This document shows, in pieces, positions 9,212 to 19,212 of a DNA stretch of 64,000 nt (position 1 is the stretch's first letter; each line of letters opens with the position of its first letter). Made by a program: the position numbers and the translations under genes. Below the pieces are notes generated by a model, which was not told the DNA's origin, searched no databases, and saw only the letters and a program-made list of their open reading frames with translations. The stretch is from a virus (Duplodnaviria > Caudoviricetes), in the IMG/VR virus record IMGVR_UViG_3300048854_000074, positions 6,118-70,117 of that record. One strand, given 5' to 3'.

Positions 9212-9558
9212 CAGGAGGTAACCGTAGTGGTGCCGTATTCGGTATCGATAGTCGCGGCCCATGTAAAGGCGCGCGTCGCCGGGTTCAGATAACTGGCGTA
9301 CTCCAGGATCTCGGTGACGCCCTGCGTATCAAGAATGATTGTCTGCAGTGCGAGATCGCGCGTAGCTTGAGTGTGCGCACCGAGAATTTCAGTGTTGTAT
9401 GGCGTGCCGGCTGTTTGATCCAGAAACCATTCTCCCTGGATCAGTCCGAGGCGAGTCTTGACAGCTTGGGCTACTGTCTCCGGGCTATCGATCAGAAAGT
9501 TGGTTCCATTCAGGCCGAACGTATAGTCGCCGCTGGCATCTTCGGATCGATATCTCAT
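9211..9558 (-). CDS. Baseplate wedge/gp46-like protein
   Basis: MRYRSEDASGDYTFG...GEWFLD motif; synteny. Confidence 0.8.
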   Translation of the reverse strand: MRYRSEDASGDYTFGLNGTNFLIDSPETVAQAVKTRLGLIQGEWFLDQTAGTPYNTEILGAHTQATRDLALQTIILDTQGVTEILEYASYLNPATRAFTWAATIDTEYGTTTVTS

Positions 9559-9565
9559 CTATATC

Positions 9566-10309
9566 TCACTGTGGCGGGCCGCCCAATCCAGAGCCACCAG
9601 AATTCGTATGCTGGTGAGTGCTATCGATCGCGTGTCCGTTCGATGTGATCGACCCGATGAAATTGATAATGCCGGTGACGGTCGCTGCCACGCCGCTGGC
9701 GGTGCTGCCCGCCATGCCTGCTAGCCACGTGAGCAATCCCTGTATCGTCACAGCACCGGTAAACAGATTGGTCGGTGCATCGACCTCGAATCCACCCGGC
9801 GCGACGATCTTGACCTTCTGAGAGGTCGGGTTGAGATCTATGTAAGTCGATGCGTCGTTGCTACGAAGCTGCACGCTGTTAGTGCTAATGCCGGCAATCT
9901 TTGTCGCCTGTGAGAACGGGCCCGGTAGACAGAAGCCGTCCGACAGGTCATGCATCCGGAACTCGGACTGGACCTGCACTCCGCCCGACGACCACCATGC
10001 GTCAATGCATCGCGAAGAAAACACGATCAAACACTCATCGTCTTCTGCGATTGGGAACGTAAGCGTGCATCCGCCGCCGCGGGGAAATACAACGGGGCAA
10101 TCAAGCAGAAGGGGAAGTGCAACCCACTGAGTAGAGCCATCGGGCGCGCGGATCTGGGCCTTGATCGCGGGCTGGGCCACGCATGTGACGGCGTCGGCAT
10201 CGAAACTCTGTATGATTGCCGGTACGGCTGTCCAGATTTGGGACTGGCGGCCATCCAATGCCGAATTCAGGCCCTCTTCGAACGAGCCTAGACGTTCGGT
10301 CTGTCGCAT
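9566..10309 (-). CDS. Baseplate spike (Gp138-N/gpV-like)
   Basis: CPVVFPRGGG, RMHDLSDG, C-terminal HQH. Confidence 0.9.
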   Translation of the reverse strand: MRQTERLGSFEEGLNSALDGRQSQIWTAVPAIIQSFDADAVTCVAQPAIKAQIRAPDGSTQWVALPLLLDCPVVFPRGGGCTLTFPIAEDDECLIVFSSRCIDAWWSSGGVQVQSEFRMHDLSDGFCLPGPFSQATKIAGISTNSVQLRSNDASTYIDLNPTSQKVKIVAPGGFEVDAPTNLFTGAVTIQGLLTWLAGMAGSTASGVAATVTGIINFIGSITSNGHAIDSTHQHTNSGGSGLGGPPQ

Positions 10310-10327
10310 TTTCGGGGGTATTACAAA

Positions 10328-10744
10328 ATGAAACTGCTGATTGCTGCCGCGCTAGGTTTAGCTGCGGCATCTACGTTTGCACAAACCGCAGGGGATTCAC
10401 TCAGCGGGGCGCTCCACCCGCCAGGCAAGACAATCGCTCGTAACTTCGATCCGTCCAGGCCCACATATCTGCGCATTGGCGCTTTGGTATGTCAGAGTTG
10501 GCAACTGATGAGAGGGGCCGCCGAGGATGCAGCAAAAGTCTCAGGCGCAGAACGTCAATCAGTTTTGGAGCGCTATAAGTGCACCCAAGCCCCAACCCGC
10601 ATGGAGGTTGGTGTGCTAATTCCCGAGCGACACTCCCTGACCGAGGCAGCAGAGGCCACTTACGGCTATGTGGGCATCAGGTGGCGCCGATCAGATGGAA
10701 CATTTGACTTTGGGTTCGTCGGCCCGACTGCACTCGAAAACTAG
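10328..10744 (+). CDS. Secreted hypothetical protein, antisense to the tail operon
   Basis: MKLLIAAALGLAAASTFA-Q signal peptide; ends in a CTAG shared with the converging gene. Confidence 0.7.
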   Translation: MKLLIAAALGLAAASTFAQTAGDSLSGALHPPGKTIARNFDPSRPTYLRIGALVCQSWQLMRGAAEDAAKVSGAERQSVLERYKCTQAPTRMEVGVLIPERHSLTEAAEATYGYVGIRWRRSDGTFDFGFVGPTALEN

Positions 10745-11694
10745 CCCGCTGCCTGCACAGAGTTATAGGCGTTTGCCGATACATCGACGGCCAGACAAGT
10801 AAGATCGACGTACCAGGACTGGCCTCGTGTGTCGCCTTCGAACTCAGCTACCATGACGCGATAAAACCCTTGCGCGGTCGTAACAGTGGCAATTGCAGGG
10901 GAGTATTGAAGGCCTTGCTGCTGAACCGTTATCTGGTTGATGTCAGACTGCGCGATCTGTACGAGGCCACCGATCCTAATCAACGGATTGAGCAGCGCTC
11001 GGGCTCGCACACCATCGTTTGTGGCTTCCGGAATTCCGATCAGGCCTGAGGTTGACGACAGCACAACCGCTTCGCCAGGCCGATAGCCTGTGATTGGAAC
11101 TACGACAAATTGTCCGTTCTGCATCGACCAGCGATAACCATATTTGGAGGCCCAATCTCGCGCATAGTCGCGCGTCATGCCGAACATGACTTTCCCGCGG
11201 GAGAGCGACTGCGCCACGCCTGCTGGGCCACCTTGAATTAAACCGCTCGCATCTGTTGCGAAGGGAAGTGGTGCGACGCCATTCGCTGACGGCGCATTCT
11301 GGATTTCCGTGATGATCTGTTCGGGAGTCTGGCCGGCTGCGATCGAGCGATTGATGACGGCGAAGTTATACCACTCGTCTCCGTCAGCCGCCCATATGTC
11401 AAGATAGCTGTCGACGTTTCGCTCGCGACCGGTTGCGATCTGCTTGATGGACCCTTGAAAAATGATCCCGAAGTTTCCAGTTTCATATCCAGCCTGAAGC
11501 GTAATGGCTGTAAATTCTTTCTGAATCGTCTTCACCGTCGCATCGGCGAGGTTATAGATTCGGACATACAGCGTGTTCGGCGCCTGCTCATCTGCGCATC
11601 TCGTCTTGAACGTGAAGCGGAACTCAGAAAGATCCAATCCTTGCGTGCCAGTCGACACGATGAGACTGACCTTTCTTCCGAACTGATCGCTCAT
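10741..11694 (-). CDS. Baseplate hub protein
   Basis: Synteny and length; LQAGYE and ALLNP motifs. Confidence 0.8.
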   Translation of the reverse strand: MSDQFGRKVSLIVSTGTQGLDLSEFRFTFKTRCADEQAPNTLYVRIYNLADATVKTIQKEFTAITLQAGYETGNFGIIFQGSIKQIATGRERNVDSYLDIWAADGDEWYNFAVINRSIAAGQTPEQIITEIQNAPSANGVAPLPFATDASGLIQGGPAGVAQSLSRGKVMFGMTRDYARDWASKYGYRWSMQNGQFVVVPITGYRPGEAVVLSSTSGLIGIPEATNDGVRARALLNPLIRIGGLVQIAQSDINQITVQQQGLQYSPAIATVTTAQGFYRVMVAEFEGDTRGQSWYVDLTCLAVDVSANAYNSVQAAG

Positions 11695-12002
11695 GGAACT
11701 ATCGCGTATAGATGGCCGGTTTCGCCCAAATTGGCGTATGTCGGAACTGCATCAGGTTCGTTGTCTGTCTGGCAGACCAATTTGAATCCGAACGCGAGAT
11801 ACCCGTATTGCGCCAGAAGATCGGCACCGGTAATCAATGGGATTCCAGACAGAATTGCATTTCCGCTCGAATCCGATATATCCAGGACCCATGATGCATT
11901 CGGGATATTCCATTTGGTCGTGAAGCCATAGGTGACGCCAACCAACGGGATATTGAAGGTCTGCGGCTTTGGCGAGAGCGGAATTTCGTAGTAGGTCGTC
12001 AT
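11691..12002 (-). CDS. Baseplate plug/hub-associated protein
   Basis: GIPLITGADLLAQY motif; synteny. Confidence 0.75.
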   Translation of the reverse strand: MTTYYEIPLSPKPQTFNIPLVGVTYGFTTKWNIPNASWVLDISDSSGNAILSGIPLITGADLLAQYGYLAFGFKLVCQTDNEPDAVPTYANLGETGHLYAIVP

Positions 12003-12688
12003 GCTGGCAATGCGGAGACGTTGATATTGGGCGCCGGGACTGGGTAGGTCGTGCCCATATTCGTCGTCGATCCGTTCTGCTCAGGATTTGCCATCACAGA
12101 CGAGTCGGGCACCGTCACAGTCTGAGTCTGTGCCATCAGGATCTGCCTGCATGTGATCCGGATAATCGCCGAGTTTTCCGTTCGCTGATCAGTGGTCGTC
12201 GCAAGCGACTTGATCAACATATTCTGGTACGTGCGCTTGCCGGTATAGATCGTGAACAATGACCGGTTCTGCTGCATCGCCACGAGTGACTGATATGCCT
12301 GTGTCGACGGACTGGAAGTGCTGCTGCCGTCGAGCACATTCAAAGCGCCGCCGATTAATTCCGCGGCACCGATAACAGCCCGGACAGCAGCATTGGCATT
12401 AGATGCAGCGCCTAGTACCGTATTAACGATGCCGGAGTTGTTCGGGCTATCCGACCACCCTGCAGTAATCACCACCTCGGCAGGACGCTTAAAAGCATGA
12501 TCAGATATGGATGCGCCCTGCTCGACAGGGTGATCTGTGATCTCCATGTCGTCTGTGTGAACCTCTTCAATGGTGGCATCCGGGATAAGTAACGTCCCGG
12601 AGCCATCATCAAAACCGCGCTTTGGCTTCGTCGAGAGCAACTGAAGCGCTATCTGCCCAGCCGCCGCCCCGATTCCAAGTACGGTCAT
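11999..12688 (-). CDS. Distal tail (Dit-like) protein
   Basis: EITDHPVEQGASISDHAF motif; follows the tape measure gene. Confidence 0.8.
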   Translation of the reverse strand: MTVLGIGAAAGQIALQLLSTKPKRGFDDGSGTLLIPDATIEEVHTDDMEITDHPVEQGASISDHAFKRPAEVVITAGWSDSPNNSGIVNTVLGAASNANAAVRAVIGAAELIGGALNVLDGSSTSSPSTQAYQSLVAMQQNRSLFTIYTGKRTYQNMLIKSLATTTDQRTENSAIIRITCRQILMAQTQTVTVPDSSVMANPEQNGSTTNMGTTYPVPAPNINVSALPA

Positions 12689-14448
12689 TGCACTGCTCCA
12701 GCAAAGTTTCTAACGAGATCGCCGTTGACCCGACTTTGTTCTGCGCCAACAGCACGAGCGGTCCCCTGCGGGTCTGCGGTTCCTGCGATGTGATAGGTAT
12801 TAGTCTGCGTCACATTTACCGCGCGAGATGACTGGGGCGAGGCGCCCAATCGGGTGTTTTGAGATGAGCTCATCAGTGCCGACGCATTCGCGTAAGCCGA
12901 TCCGTTTTCATGCCCAAATATCGCGCCGGCTACACCAACCAACTGATTCCCGCTCAGCCTTGAATCCGCTGATACTCCAAGCTTCTTTACGACCGCTGCG
13001 ATATAGGCTTCGGTGTTGTTCTCGTTTGACGGTGCCCATTTGGAAATGATCTTCCTGATGGTGTCGAAGCCACGCGACGCGTAGCTCTCGAGTAGCCTTA
13101 TCGCCGCCTGAATGCCATCCTGCATCGAGGAAAACACCGCAAATCCCCCTCCATCTGGGCCAGTCGCTCCAAGTTGGCGGGCGAATGACCCATACCGCAG
13201 GTTTCCTGGGTTGTTATTGCGTATCCCGCGCGGAGCGGGCCGCTCTGGCGGCAACTCAACGATCTTGCCAAACTGCTCAATTGGTTGTCGAGGAGGCGTC
13301 AGCTTTGCTCCGCCGCCGTCTTTCATGCTATCCAGTTCGGCCTGCGTGTATCCGCCTGTGGCGTCGAGTTGACTGCGATCGGTTCCCGTCAAGACATCCG
13401 ACAGCGAGCGATACTTTCTTCCGCTCATACGGGTTATCAAACCATCAACCTTATCGCGAATCAGATCGCCCACTTTCCAGCCAGCAAACCCAGCTCCGAC
13501 ACCGAGTAACGCCGTGAGTGCTGCGGTCAACCCACCGATACCTCCGATGATCCCGGCGAGTTTGAGGCCCGCAAGAATAAGGAGCGCATTCCCCCATCCG
13601 CCCACCGCCTTGGCTGCATCGTTTGCCAGAGTGACAAATCTGTCTAGTGCGTTGAGGGTTTTATTCCAGTCAATTCTCGAAAGCCAGTCGGCTAGTCGCT
13701 GCACAGCGTCGGCAATAGCATTCGCCGCGTCGCCGGCATGGTTTTCGGCCCACCGCTCAAACCTCTCAATCAGAGGCGTGAGGACAGGCACAAGCTTCGA
13801 CTCGATGACGACCCACAGCAACTCAAAATCTGACGTCGCCCGACGAATTGTGTTGTTGAAGTCGATGCCAGCCTTTGCAGCCTGGTCAGAATCAATACCG
13901 AAGCGCCCTAACCGGTCCTTGTACTTGCCCTGCTCAGCCTCCAGCTTCGGAAGGCCGTTCTCCAGCATCAGCAGCGTGTCTGGGTCAATGCCGAACAAGC
14001 TGGCATATGCTGCGGCCACATAGGGTTGCATGCCCTTCATCTTGGCGATGAAGTTGGCGAACTTCTCGGTCGGGTCCCCGCCTGTCACGCCGAGGGACGA
14101 CAACAGGCTGTTCGACCCGGGGTTGAGTCTCAGCGTGCGCGTGAAATTCTCGAGCGACCCCTGGGCCTGCTCTGCAGTCAATCCAATCTGGCCAGCCGCG
14201 TAGCGCAGCGCCATCAGGTTTCCAACAGTGGCACCTGTGCGCTGCGATGCGTAATACAGATTCTCCATCTGGCTGGAGATGACCTTTACGCCCGCTACGA
14301 CGCCAGCAGCAGTTGCAGCGACGGCAGCGCCAGCCGCCAGAACGCTCTTTGTCACGCCTTCTACGGCGGTGTTGAACTTCTTCAATCCAACCTGATCGAC
14401 TTCAAACCCGAGACTGACGAGGAACTCGCGCAAGACATTTTCGTTCAT
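12685..14448 (-). CDS. Tape measure protein with C-terminal lysozyme-like domain
   Basis: LREFLVSLGF start; RGIRNNNPGNL motif. Confidence 0.88.
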   Translation of the reverse strand: MNENVLREFLVSLGFEVDQVGLKKFNTAVEGVTKSVLAAGAAVAATAAGVVAGVKVISSQMENLYYASQRTGATVGNLMALRYAAGQIGLTAEQAQGSLENFTRTLRLNPGSNSLLSSLGVTGGDPTEKFANFIAKMKGMQPYVAAAYASLFGIDPDTLLMLENGLPKLEAEQGKYKDRLGRFGIDSDQAAKAGIDFNNTIRRATSDFELLWVVIESKLVPVLTPLIERFERWAENHAGDAANAIADAVQRLADWLSRIDWNKTLNALDRFVTLANDAAKAVGGWGNALLILAGLKLAGIIGGIGGLTAALTALLGVGAGFAGWKVGDLIRDKVDGLITRMSGRKYRSLSDVLTGTDRSQLDATGGYTQAELDSMKDGGGAKLTPPRQPIEQFGKIVELPPERPAPRGIRNNNPGNLRYGSFARQLGATGPDGGGFAVFSSMQDGIQAAIRLLESYASRGFDTIRKIISKWAPSNENNTEAYIAAVVKKLGVSADSRLSGNQLVGVAGAIFGHENGSAYANASALMSSSQNTRLGASPQSSRAVNVTQTNTYHIAGTADPQGTARAVGAEQSRVNGDLVRNFAGAVQ

Positions 14449-14687
14449 GTTCGGTTCCGTTCTGCGGCTTGCTGGAGTCTTTCTTGGTTTATCGCTCGAA
14501 CATCGAGCGCCTCATTCATAAAGGCGAGGTCTTCAAGATTTATCGTCCCGTCGATAAGGGATTCGTACTTGCACATCCCCTCAATCACAGGCCGAATTAG
14601 CCAGTCCTCTCCATCCGGCAGCGATATCAGATCAATGCCGCCCTCTACGGGGTCAGCGCCGATCCCGCTGCGGCGGCGGGAAAAAAA
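14445..14687 (-). CDS. -1 frameshift extension of the tail assembly chaperone (gpT-like)
   Basis: The -1 frame after T TTT TTT reads SRRRSG...LPDGEDWLIRPVIEGMC...NRT* and ends in an ATGA overlap with the tape measure start. Confidence 0.8.
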   Translation of the reverse strand, partial: FFSRRRSGIGADPVEGGIDLISLPDGEDWLIRPVIEGMCKYESLIDGTINLEDLAFMNEALDVRAINQERLQQAAERNRT

Positions 14688-15043
14688 CCTTGCATATTCT
14701 CCTGAATCACCTTCACTGTGAGCTGAATCATCTGGCTCATGTCGATGTCCTGAAACATCATGCCGCCGCCGCGAGCCATGATTGGAGCAGCAGGGCCATT
14801 TGGCTGAATGCGATGGCAGACAGAAAGGCAGACATCGAGAACATAGTCGACGTCTTCGTCGGACATTCGCGACAGTGCATCAGTCAGAGGCCCGAGAAAC
14901 CGCGCTACACCTTCGCCTTTAAAGGCGGAGTCACTTAAGCCAGCCAGGAGCGGCGCGAGTCGACGCGCCACGTGGAATTGCTTACGCGCATCGATCCGGC
15001 CAACCCGGTAGCTAAAACCGCCTACTTCGATCGTATCGCTCAT
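14645..15043 (-). CDS. Tail assembly chaperone (gpG-like)
   Basis: Between tube and tape measure genes; ends GFFP over the slippery run. Confidence 0.85.
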   Translation of the reverse strand: MSDTIEVGGFSYRVGRIDARKQFHVARRLAPLLAGLSDSAFKGEGVARFLGPLTDALSRMSDEDVDYVLDVCLSVCHRIQPNGPAAPIMARGGGMMFQDIDMSQMIQLTVKVIQENMQGFFPAAAAGSALTP

Positions 15044-15046
15044 GCG

Positions 15047-15490
15047 TTACACCCCGACCGACAGAGCGGGGTCCATCACGCCGACGTCAAAGTTCCACTC
15101 GATGATGTTGCCGTCCATCGCGTAGGTGTTGCTTGGGAACTTCGAGAAGGCGACCTGTTGACAGGAGTACTGCTCGCCGCGAACGATGTCTGAGCCCGCC
15201 ATAACGTTTTGCCCCCAGTTAGCCGAGCTCGTGCGCTGAAAGTTGTAGAGGGCGGAAAGCAGGCCATTGGTCGGCGAGGTCTTCAGAAGCCGAACGGTAG
15301 CCTTGCCACCCTTGCTGGCGTTCAGGCTATGCATTGCTGTACCGTCTGCGCCAATCGTCATCGTGTTGGCGTTTTCGACGAATTCGAAGGTCACGCCTTC
15401 TTTTGCGTTGCCCGCCCCGTCTCCCAGCGGAATAGATCCGCCGGGGCCAGTGATCGTCAGGGCAAAGTCCTGGAACGAATAAGTACTCAT
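15047..15490 (-). CDS. Tail tube protein (DUF3277-like)
   Basis: Follows the sheath gene; IGADG...LLKTSP motif. Confidence 0.85.
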   Translation of the reverse strand: MSTYSFQDFALTITGPGGSIPLGDGAGNAKEGVTFEFVENANTMTIGADGTAMHSLNASKGGKATVRLLKTSPTNGLLSALYNFQRTSSANWGQNVMAGSDIVRGEQYSCQQVAFSKFPSNTYAMDGNIIEWNFDVGVMDPALSVGV

Positions 15491-15502
15491 GCGCTTTCTC
15501 GA

Positions 15503-17317
15503 TTATTGGTTGACGGTGACAGCGAAGTCGATCGTGTGGACCGCGCCAGCCAGCTTGACGGCGATCTGGAACGGGACGCTCTTGCGCGCTGCGCGATCTG
15601 CTGCGCTTTGCGATGCAACAGTCGGCTGGTAGACGTAATACCCCTTGCTCAGATAGTCGCCCTGATTCAAGGTGCCGAATCCGCCGCTCGTCCAGGTACC
15701 CGGCGCAAACAGACCGTTACCGACGTACTGTTGACACACGCCCTCAATGACCGTCGCGAGGATGTGCATGCCGGGGTCGGTTTGCGGAATCTTTGTCGTG
15801 CTTGTGTAGAGCGCGTTGAACAGTGCGGTCTGCACATCGATACAGAACGCGTCCATGCCGACAATCGTGTCGATAAACTCGCCTGAAGCAACGACAGCCG
15901 GCTCGATAATCGTCGTGCTGTTGTTGTAGGCAACGAAGACGTTGCAGTTCTTGCCTTCCAGCGCAGACATTTGCGTGGCGTTCAGCGTTTCGGCTGCGAC
16001 ACCCGGCTCCTGCTTGTACATCAGGGTGATCGTCGTGTTGTTGCCGGTATAGTCCACCGTCAACTGACGGCCGAGCAGAGAACTCACTGCATAGGCGCTG
16101 TTACTCGAATACTGCGTTACCGTCTTGTTGTAGCCGAGGGCCTTAAGTTGGGCAGCGATATCGGTCGTCGTGACCGAATTCAAAACCCCAGCTTCCTGCG
16201 TCGTGACACCGTAGAAGTGCTTGTTGGTCGTCGCCTCGCAGAAGGCGGCCAACGCAAGGTGATCGGCATCTGCCGCTTGCGGCACGACAAGCCCATACCA
16301 CTGCTGCCCAAACTGGTTGTCGAACAGCGTAGCGGCTGCGACAGCCGACTCTGCGGCAACGCCTTGCGCCACGTAAGCACCCGACGATGCAGAGGTCGCG
16401 CCAAGCATGGCAGAGATATCCGTGCCAGCGCCGCCCGACAGGGTTGCGCCAGATACGGTTCCGACCGATCCTGCAAGCGTGAACGAGTTGCCGGTCGTGC
16501 CAGTTGCCTTGTAGACGATCTGGAGAGCCGTGCCTGCCGCGTTGACCGAGTAGGTCGCCTTCGACAGATTAGTGTCCGTCGACTGATTCAGGAACGTGAC
16601 AGCGGCGGCAAGCGTAGCAGCGAGGTTCGCGCCGATCAGAACCTGGTTGCCGGTCGTCAGCGAAGAGACGAACGTCACAACGGTGCCGCCGATGGTGACA
16701 GTAGATGCCGTAGTCGGATTGACCGAGTACGTCACCGAGCCGAATGCGGTTGGCGCAGTCGCAAAGCTGAGTGTCGACGTCGCACCGGTCGTACCGTCAG
16801 TGATCTGGAATTGTGAAAAGCTCGAGTTCCACACGCAGGTCGAGCCAGCAACGGCAGCGGCCAATGCCGTCTGGATCAGCGAGGCGATGCCGTTCAGATT
16901 GGTCGACGTCGCGAAGCTGGCCGGCGAGATCGTGTACGGAGTACCGTTGACCGTGATCGAGAAGGCGGGCGCCGTAACGACAGTCCATGCCGACATGAGC
17001 TGCTGGGCGGTCGACAGCGTGGCGCCGAACAGTTGCGCCGCGGTCGCTGTTTGTGCCCAGCGACCAATCAGTACGTTGGCGGGCTGTGGCGACTGGCCGA
17101 ACCATGTCGCAGCGGCCAGATATTCGGGCGCGGTAGTGCCGAAGTCGCCAGCGACTGACGTGAGGCTCGTGTACGAGCGCATACGCGCCGACACATCGAT
17201 CACAGGCGACGAGCCGAGAATCAACTCGGTGTTCAGGTTCTGAGCCTGCGCCGCACTCGGAGACAGGTTAATCGTCCCCTGAATCAGCCGGGAAATGGGA
17301 AGTTGACTCGTCGTCAT
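15503..17317 (-). CDS. Tail sheath protein (DUF3383-like)
   Basis: MTTSQLPISRL start; FGQSPQP and LAGAVH motifs. Confidence 0.9.
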   Translation of the reverse strand: MTTSQLPISRLIQGTINLSPSAAQAQNLNTELILGSSPVIDVSARMRSYTSLTSVAGDFGTTAPEYLAAATWFGQSPQPANVLIGRWAQTATAAQLFGATLSTAQQLMSAWTVVTAPAFSITVNGTPYTISPASFATSTNLNGIASLIQTALAAAVAGSTCVWNSSFSQFQITDGTTGATSTLSFATAPTAFGSVTYSVNPTTASTVTIGGTVVTFVSSLTTGNQVLIGANLAATLAAAVTFLNQSTDTNLSKATYSVNAAGTALQIVYKATGTTGNSFTLAGSVGTVSGATLSGGAGTDISAMLGATSASSGAYVAQGVAAESAVAAATLFDNQFGQQWYGLVVPQAADADHLALAAFCEATTNKHFYGVTTQEAGVLNSVTTTDIAAQLKALGYNKTVTQYSSNSAYAVSSLLGRQLTVDYTGNNTTITLMYKQEPGVAAETLNATQMSALEGKNCNVFVAYNNSTTIIEPAVVASGEFIDTIVGMDAFCIDVQTALFNALYTSTTKIPQTDPGMHILATVIEGVCQQYVGNGLFAPGTWTSGGFGTLNQGDYLSKGYYVYQPTVASQSAADRAARKSVPFQIAVKLAGAVHTIDFAVTVNQ

Positions 17318-17331
17318 GTGGGGTTCCAATG

Positions 17332-17357
17332 AAAAAAGCCCGCACAGTGGCGGGCTT
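17332..17357 (-). terminator. Intrinsic terminator-like hairpin upstream of the sheath gene
   Basis: AAGCCCGC-ACAGTG-GCGGGCTT with A6; near-identical to 336-359. Confidence 0.65.
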
Positions 17358-17378
17358 GGAATTCGTTACGTGATAGGG

Positions 17379-17954
17379 CTACTGCGTGACGTTGATCTGT
17401 TCGGTGCGCGGATCGGAATCGACGGTTGCTTGCGCGGAGAGGACGGAGAGAATCTGGTACGTTCTAACGATGCGGCGACGAATCCGTATGGTCAGGTCAT
17501 AGCGACGGACCCATTGCTGATTGAGCAGTTCCGGCGCCGGAATAATCCGGCTTGCCTCGACCAGACCCATCTCATGCTGGTCGAGCATGGCATTGTTCTG
17601 TGAGACGTAAATTCCGTCTCGCGCCTGCGCTGCGTTGCTCATAGCCGATGGGCCGTAGAAGCTGCACAGAACGGGCAAAATCTCATGGCGGATAAACGAC
17701 TCCGAACCATCGTCGTTCAGATGCTCGTATGGGTTGGGGTCCGGCTCAATATCCATTACGCCAACCGCGCACCAGTTGACGTTAGGCTCCGGCTGCTTCG
17801 GCACTGTCGTCTGCCACCTGGGGCGAACCATATTTCCCGGCATGCCAGTCAAGCCAACGATCATCTGCTGGAATATCGCATCCAGCGCTGCGTCTTCTGG
17901 CGGCGCAATACCGACAGGCTGAAGGTACCCGGCGACGCTAGAATCATCCGCCAT
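17379..17954 (-). CDS. Neck/tail terminator protein
   Basis: Synteny; MVRPRWQ motif. Confidence 0.75.
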   Translation of the reverse strand: MADDSSVAGYLQPVGIAPPEDAALDAIFQQMIVGLTGMPGNMVRPRWQTTVPKQPEPNVNWCAVGVMDIEPDPNPYEHLNDDGSESFIRHEILPVLCSFYGPSAMSNAAQARDGIYVSQNNAMLDQHEMGLVEASRIIPAPELLNQQWVRRYDLTIRIRRRIVRTYQILSVLSAQATVDSDPRTEQINVTQ

Positions 17955-18327
17955 TGGAACCCCCGGACAGCGGAATCAGTTCGCAGTTAGCCGCGGTGAA
18001 GCCGATCCCAAAGCGGGACCAATCGCCAACGTTTGTGACTGTGTATTGACGGCCGTTCCACGTCACGATATCGGCGTCGATTCCATCGGCGCCCGCGATC
18101 AGATTGAACTGGCTGTGAACCGTGATCGAGCCTTTGACATGCGAGCCTTCTGCCATGCGCATCAGCAGATCACCAGTGTTGTTAGTGACGACACCCCAGA
18201 ATGGCGTGGTGGTAGGCACGTCGGTGGCAATGCCGTCATCGGAAACGATCTGGGTCATGCGCGCACAGACGAGGCTATCCACGAAATCCGGGTCGAGCAG
18301 GATTTCGGCGACGTCCAAAAGTGGCAT
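17944..18327 (-). CDS. Head closure/adaptor protein
   Basis: Synteny; DIVTWNGRQY motif. Confidence 0.7.
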   Translation of the reverse strand: MPLLDVAEILLDPDFVDSLVCARMTQIVSDDGIATDVPTTTPFWGVVTNNTGDLLMRMAEGSHVKGSITVHSQFNLIAGADGIDADIVTWNGRQYTVTNVGDWSRFGIGFTAANCELIPLSGGSNGG

Positions 18328-18329
18328 GA

Positions 18330-18812
18330 CTATTTGTTCCTGATGACGTGCGTCACTGAATTTCTAAGCTGGCCGGTATCCACAAGCGTGGACTCACGCG
18401 TTACACCACGGCGGCGCCGCGCCTCGAGTGTCGAATCGGCAAGTTTGGGTTGAATGTTGCTGTTGATCTTGCGCTTGACAGAGCTTTCGGCAGTGATTCC
18501 AGCCTTGGTCAATTCTTTCTCTGCGACCGACCTGGAACCATCAAGAGCCGCGCCTGCGGCCTTCCCAAGACGATCGGCCACCTCGCCCTGAACGTCGGCG
18601 ACGCCAGGAACCAGGAATGGGCGGGCGGGAAGGTTATTGGCTGGCGATCCTGTCTCCAGGATGTACCCGATCTGCGCGTTGCTGAGCGGCCCGTCATCAC
18701 GCTCTGGGGCGCTATCGGGGATGCCTACAAGCACGTCCTTCTGTGCAATCTCGGTGATTGCCCTGATGATCGACGCGAAGTTATCGGTGGTGATCTTCGC
18801 GCCTGATTTCAT
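18330..18812 (-). CDS. Neck protein
   Basis: LPARPFL, LVDTGQL motifs. Confidence 0.75.
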   Translation of the reverse strand: MKSGAKITTDNFASIIRAITEIAQKDVLVGIPDSAPERDDGPLSNAQIGYILETGSPANNLPARPFLVPGVADVQGEVADRLGKAAGAALDGSRSVAEKELTKAGITAESSVKRKINSNIQPKLADSTLEARRRRGVTRESTLVDTGQLRNSVTHVIRNK

Positions 18813-18819
18813 GTGAGAC

Positions 18820-19212
18820 TCAGTTGATCTGCATTCCGCCTGCGCCCATCATTCGGGCGAGGCTAAGGTAACGAATGCCGTAGGTGGTCAATGCCCAGAA
18901 CCCTGCGTCATCGAGGGTTGCCGCGCCAGTGTCGTAACTCTTGCTGACCTTATCGACAGACTTTGATGCGGTAGGCCCAGTCATCTCGCCGGGAACACCG
19001 CCCACCGTCGCAGCGGTCTGATCGCGAACGCCAAGCACCAGATGGTGCGCAGTAACCAGCTCAATCCCGATATTGGTGAGTTCCATCCACCGGCATTCGT
19101 TCACCAGTGAGGCGGCCACCGTCAGCCACATCTGGATCATGGCATCCGAATATCGCGTGGCGTCCGAAAACTCTGGGAAGTTAGACCGGAATTGAGTTGG
19201 CGTGATCGTCAT
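18820..19212 (-). CDS. Head-tail connector (DUF4054-like)
   Basis: FRSNFPEF, TTYG motifs. Confidence 0.85.
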   Translation of the reverse strand: MTITPTQFRSNFPEFSDATRYSDAMIQMWLTVAASLVNECRWMELTNIGIELVTAHHLVLGVRDQTAATVGGVPGEMTGPTASKSVDKVSKSYDTGAATLDDAGFWALTTYGIRYLSLARMMGAGGMQIN

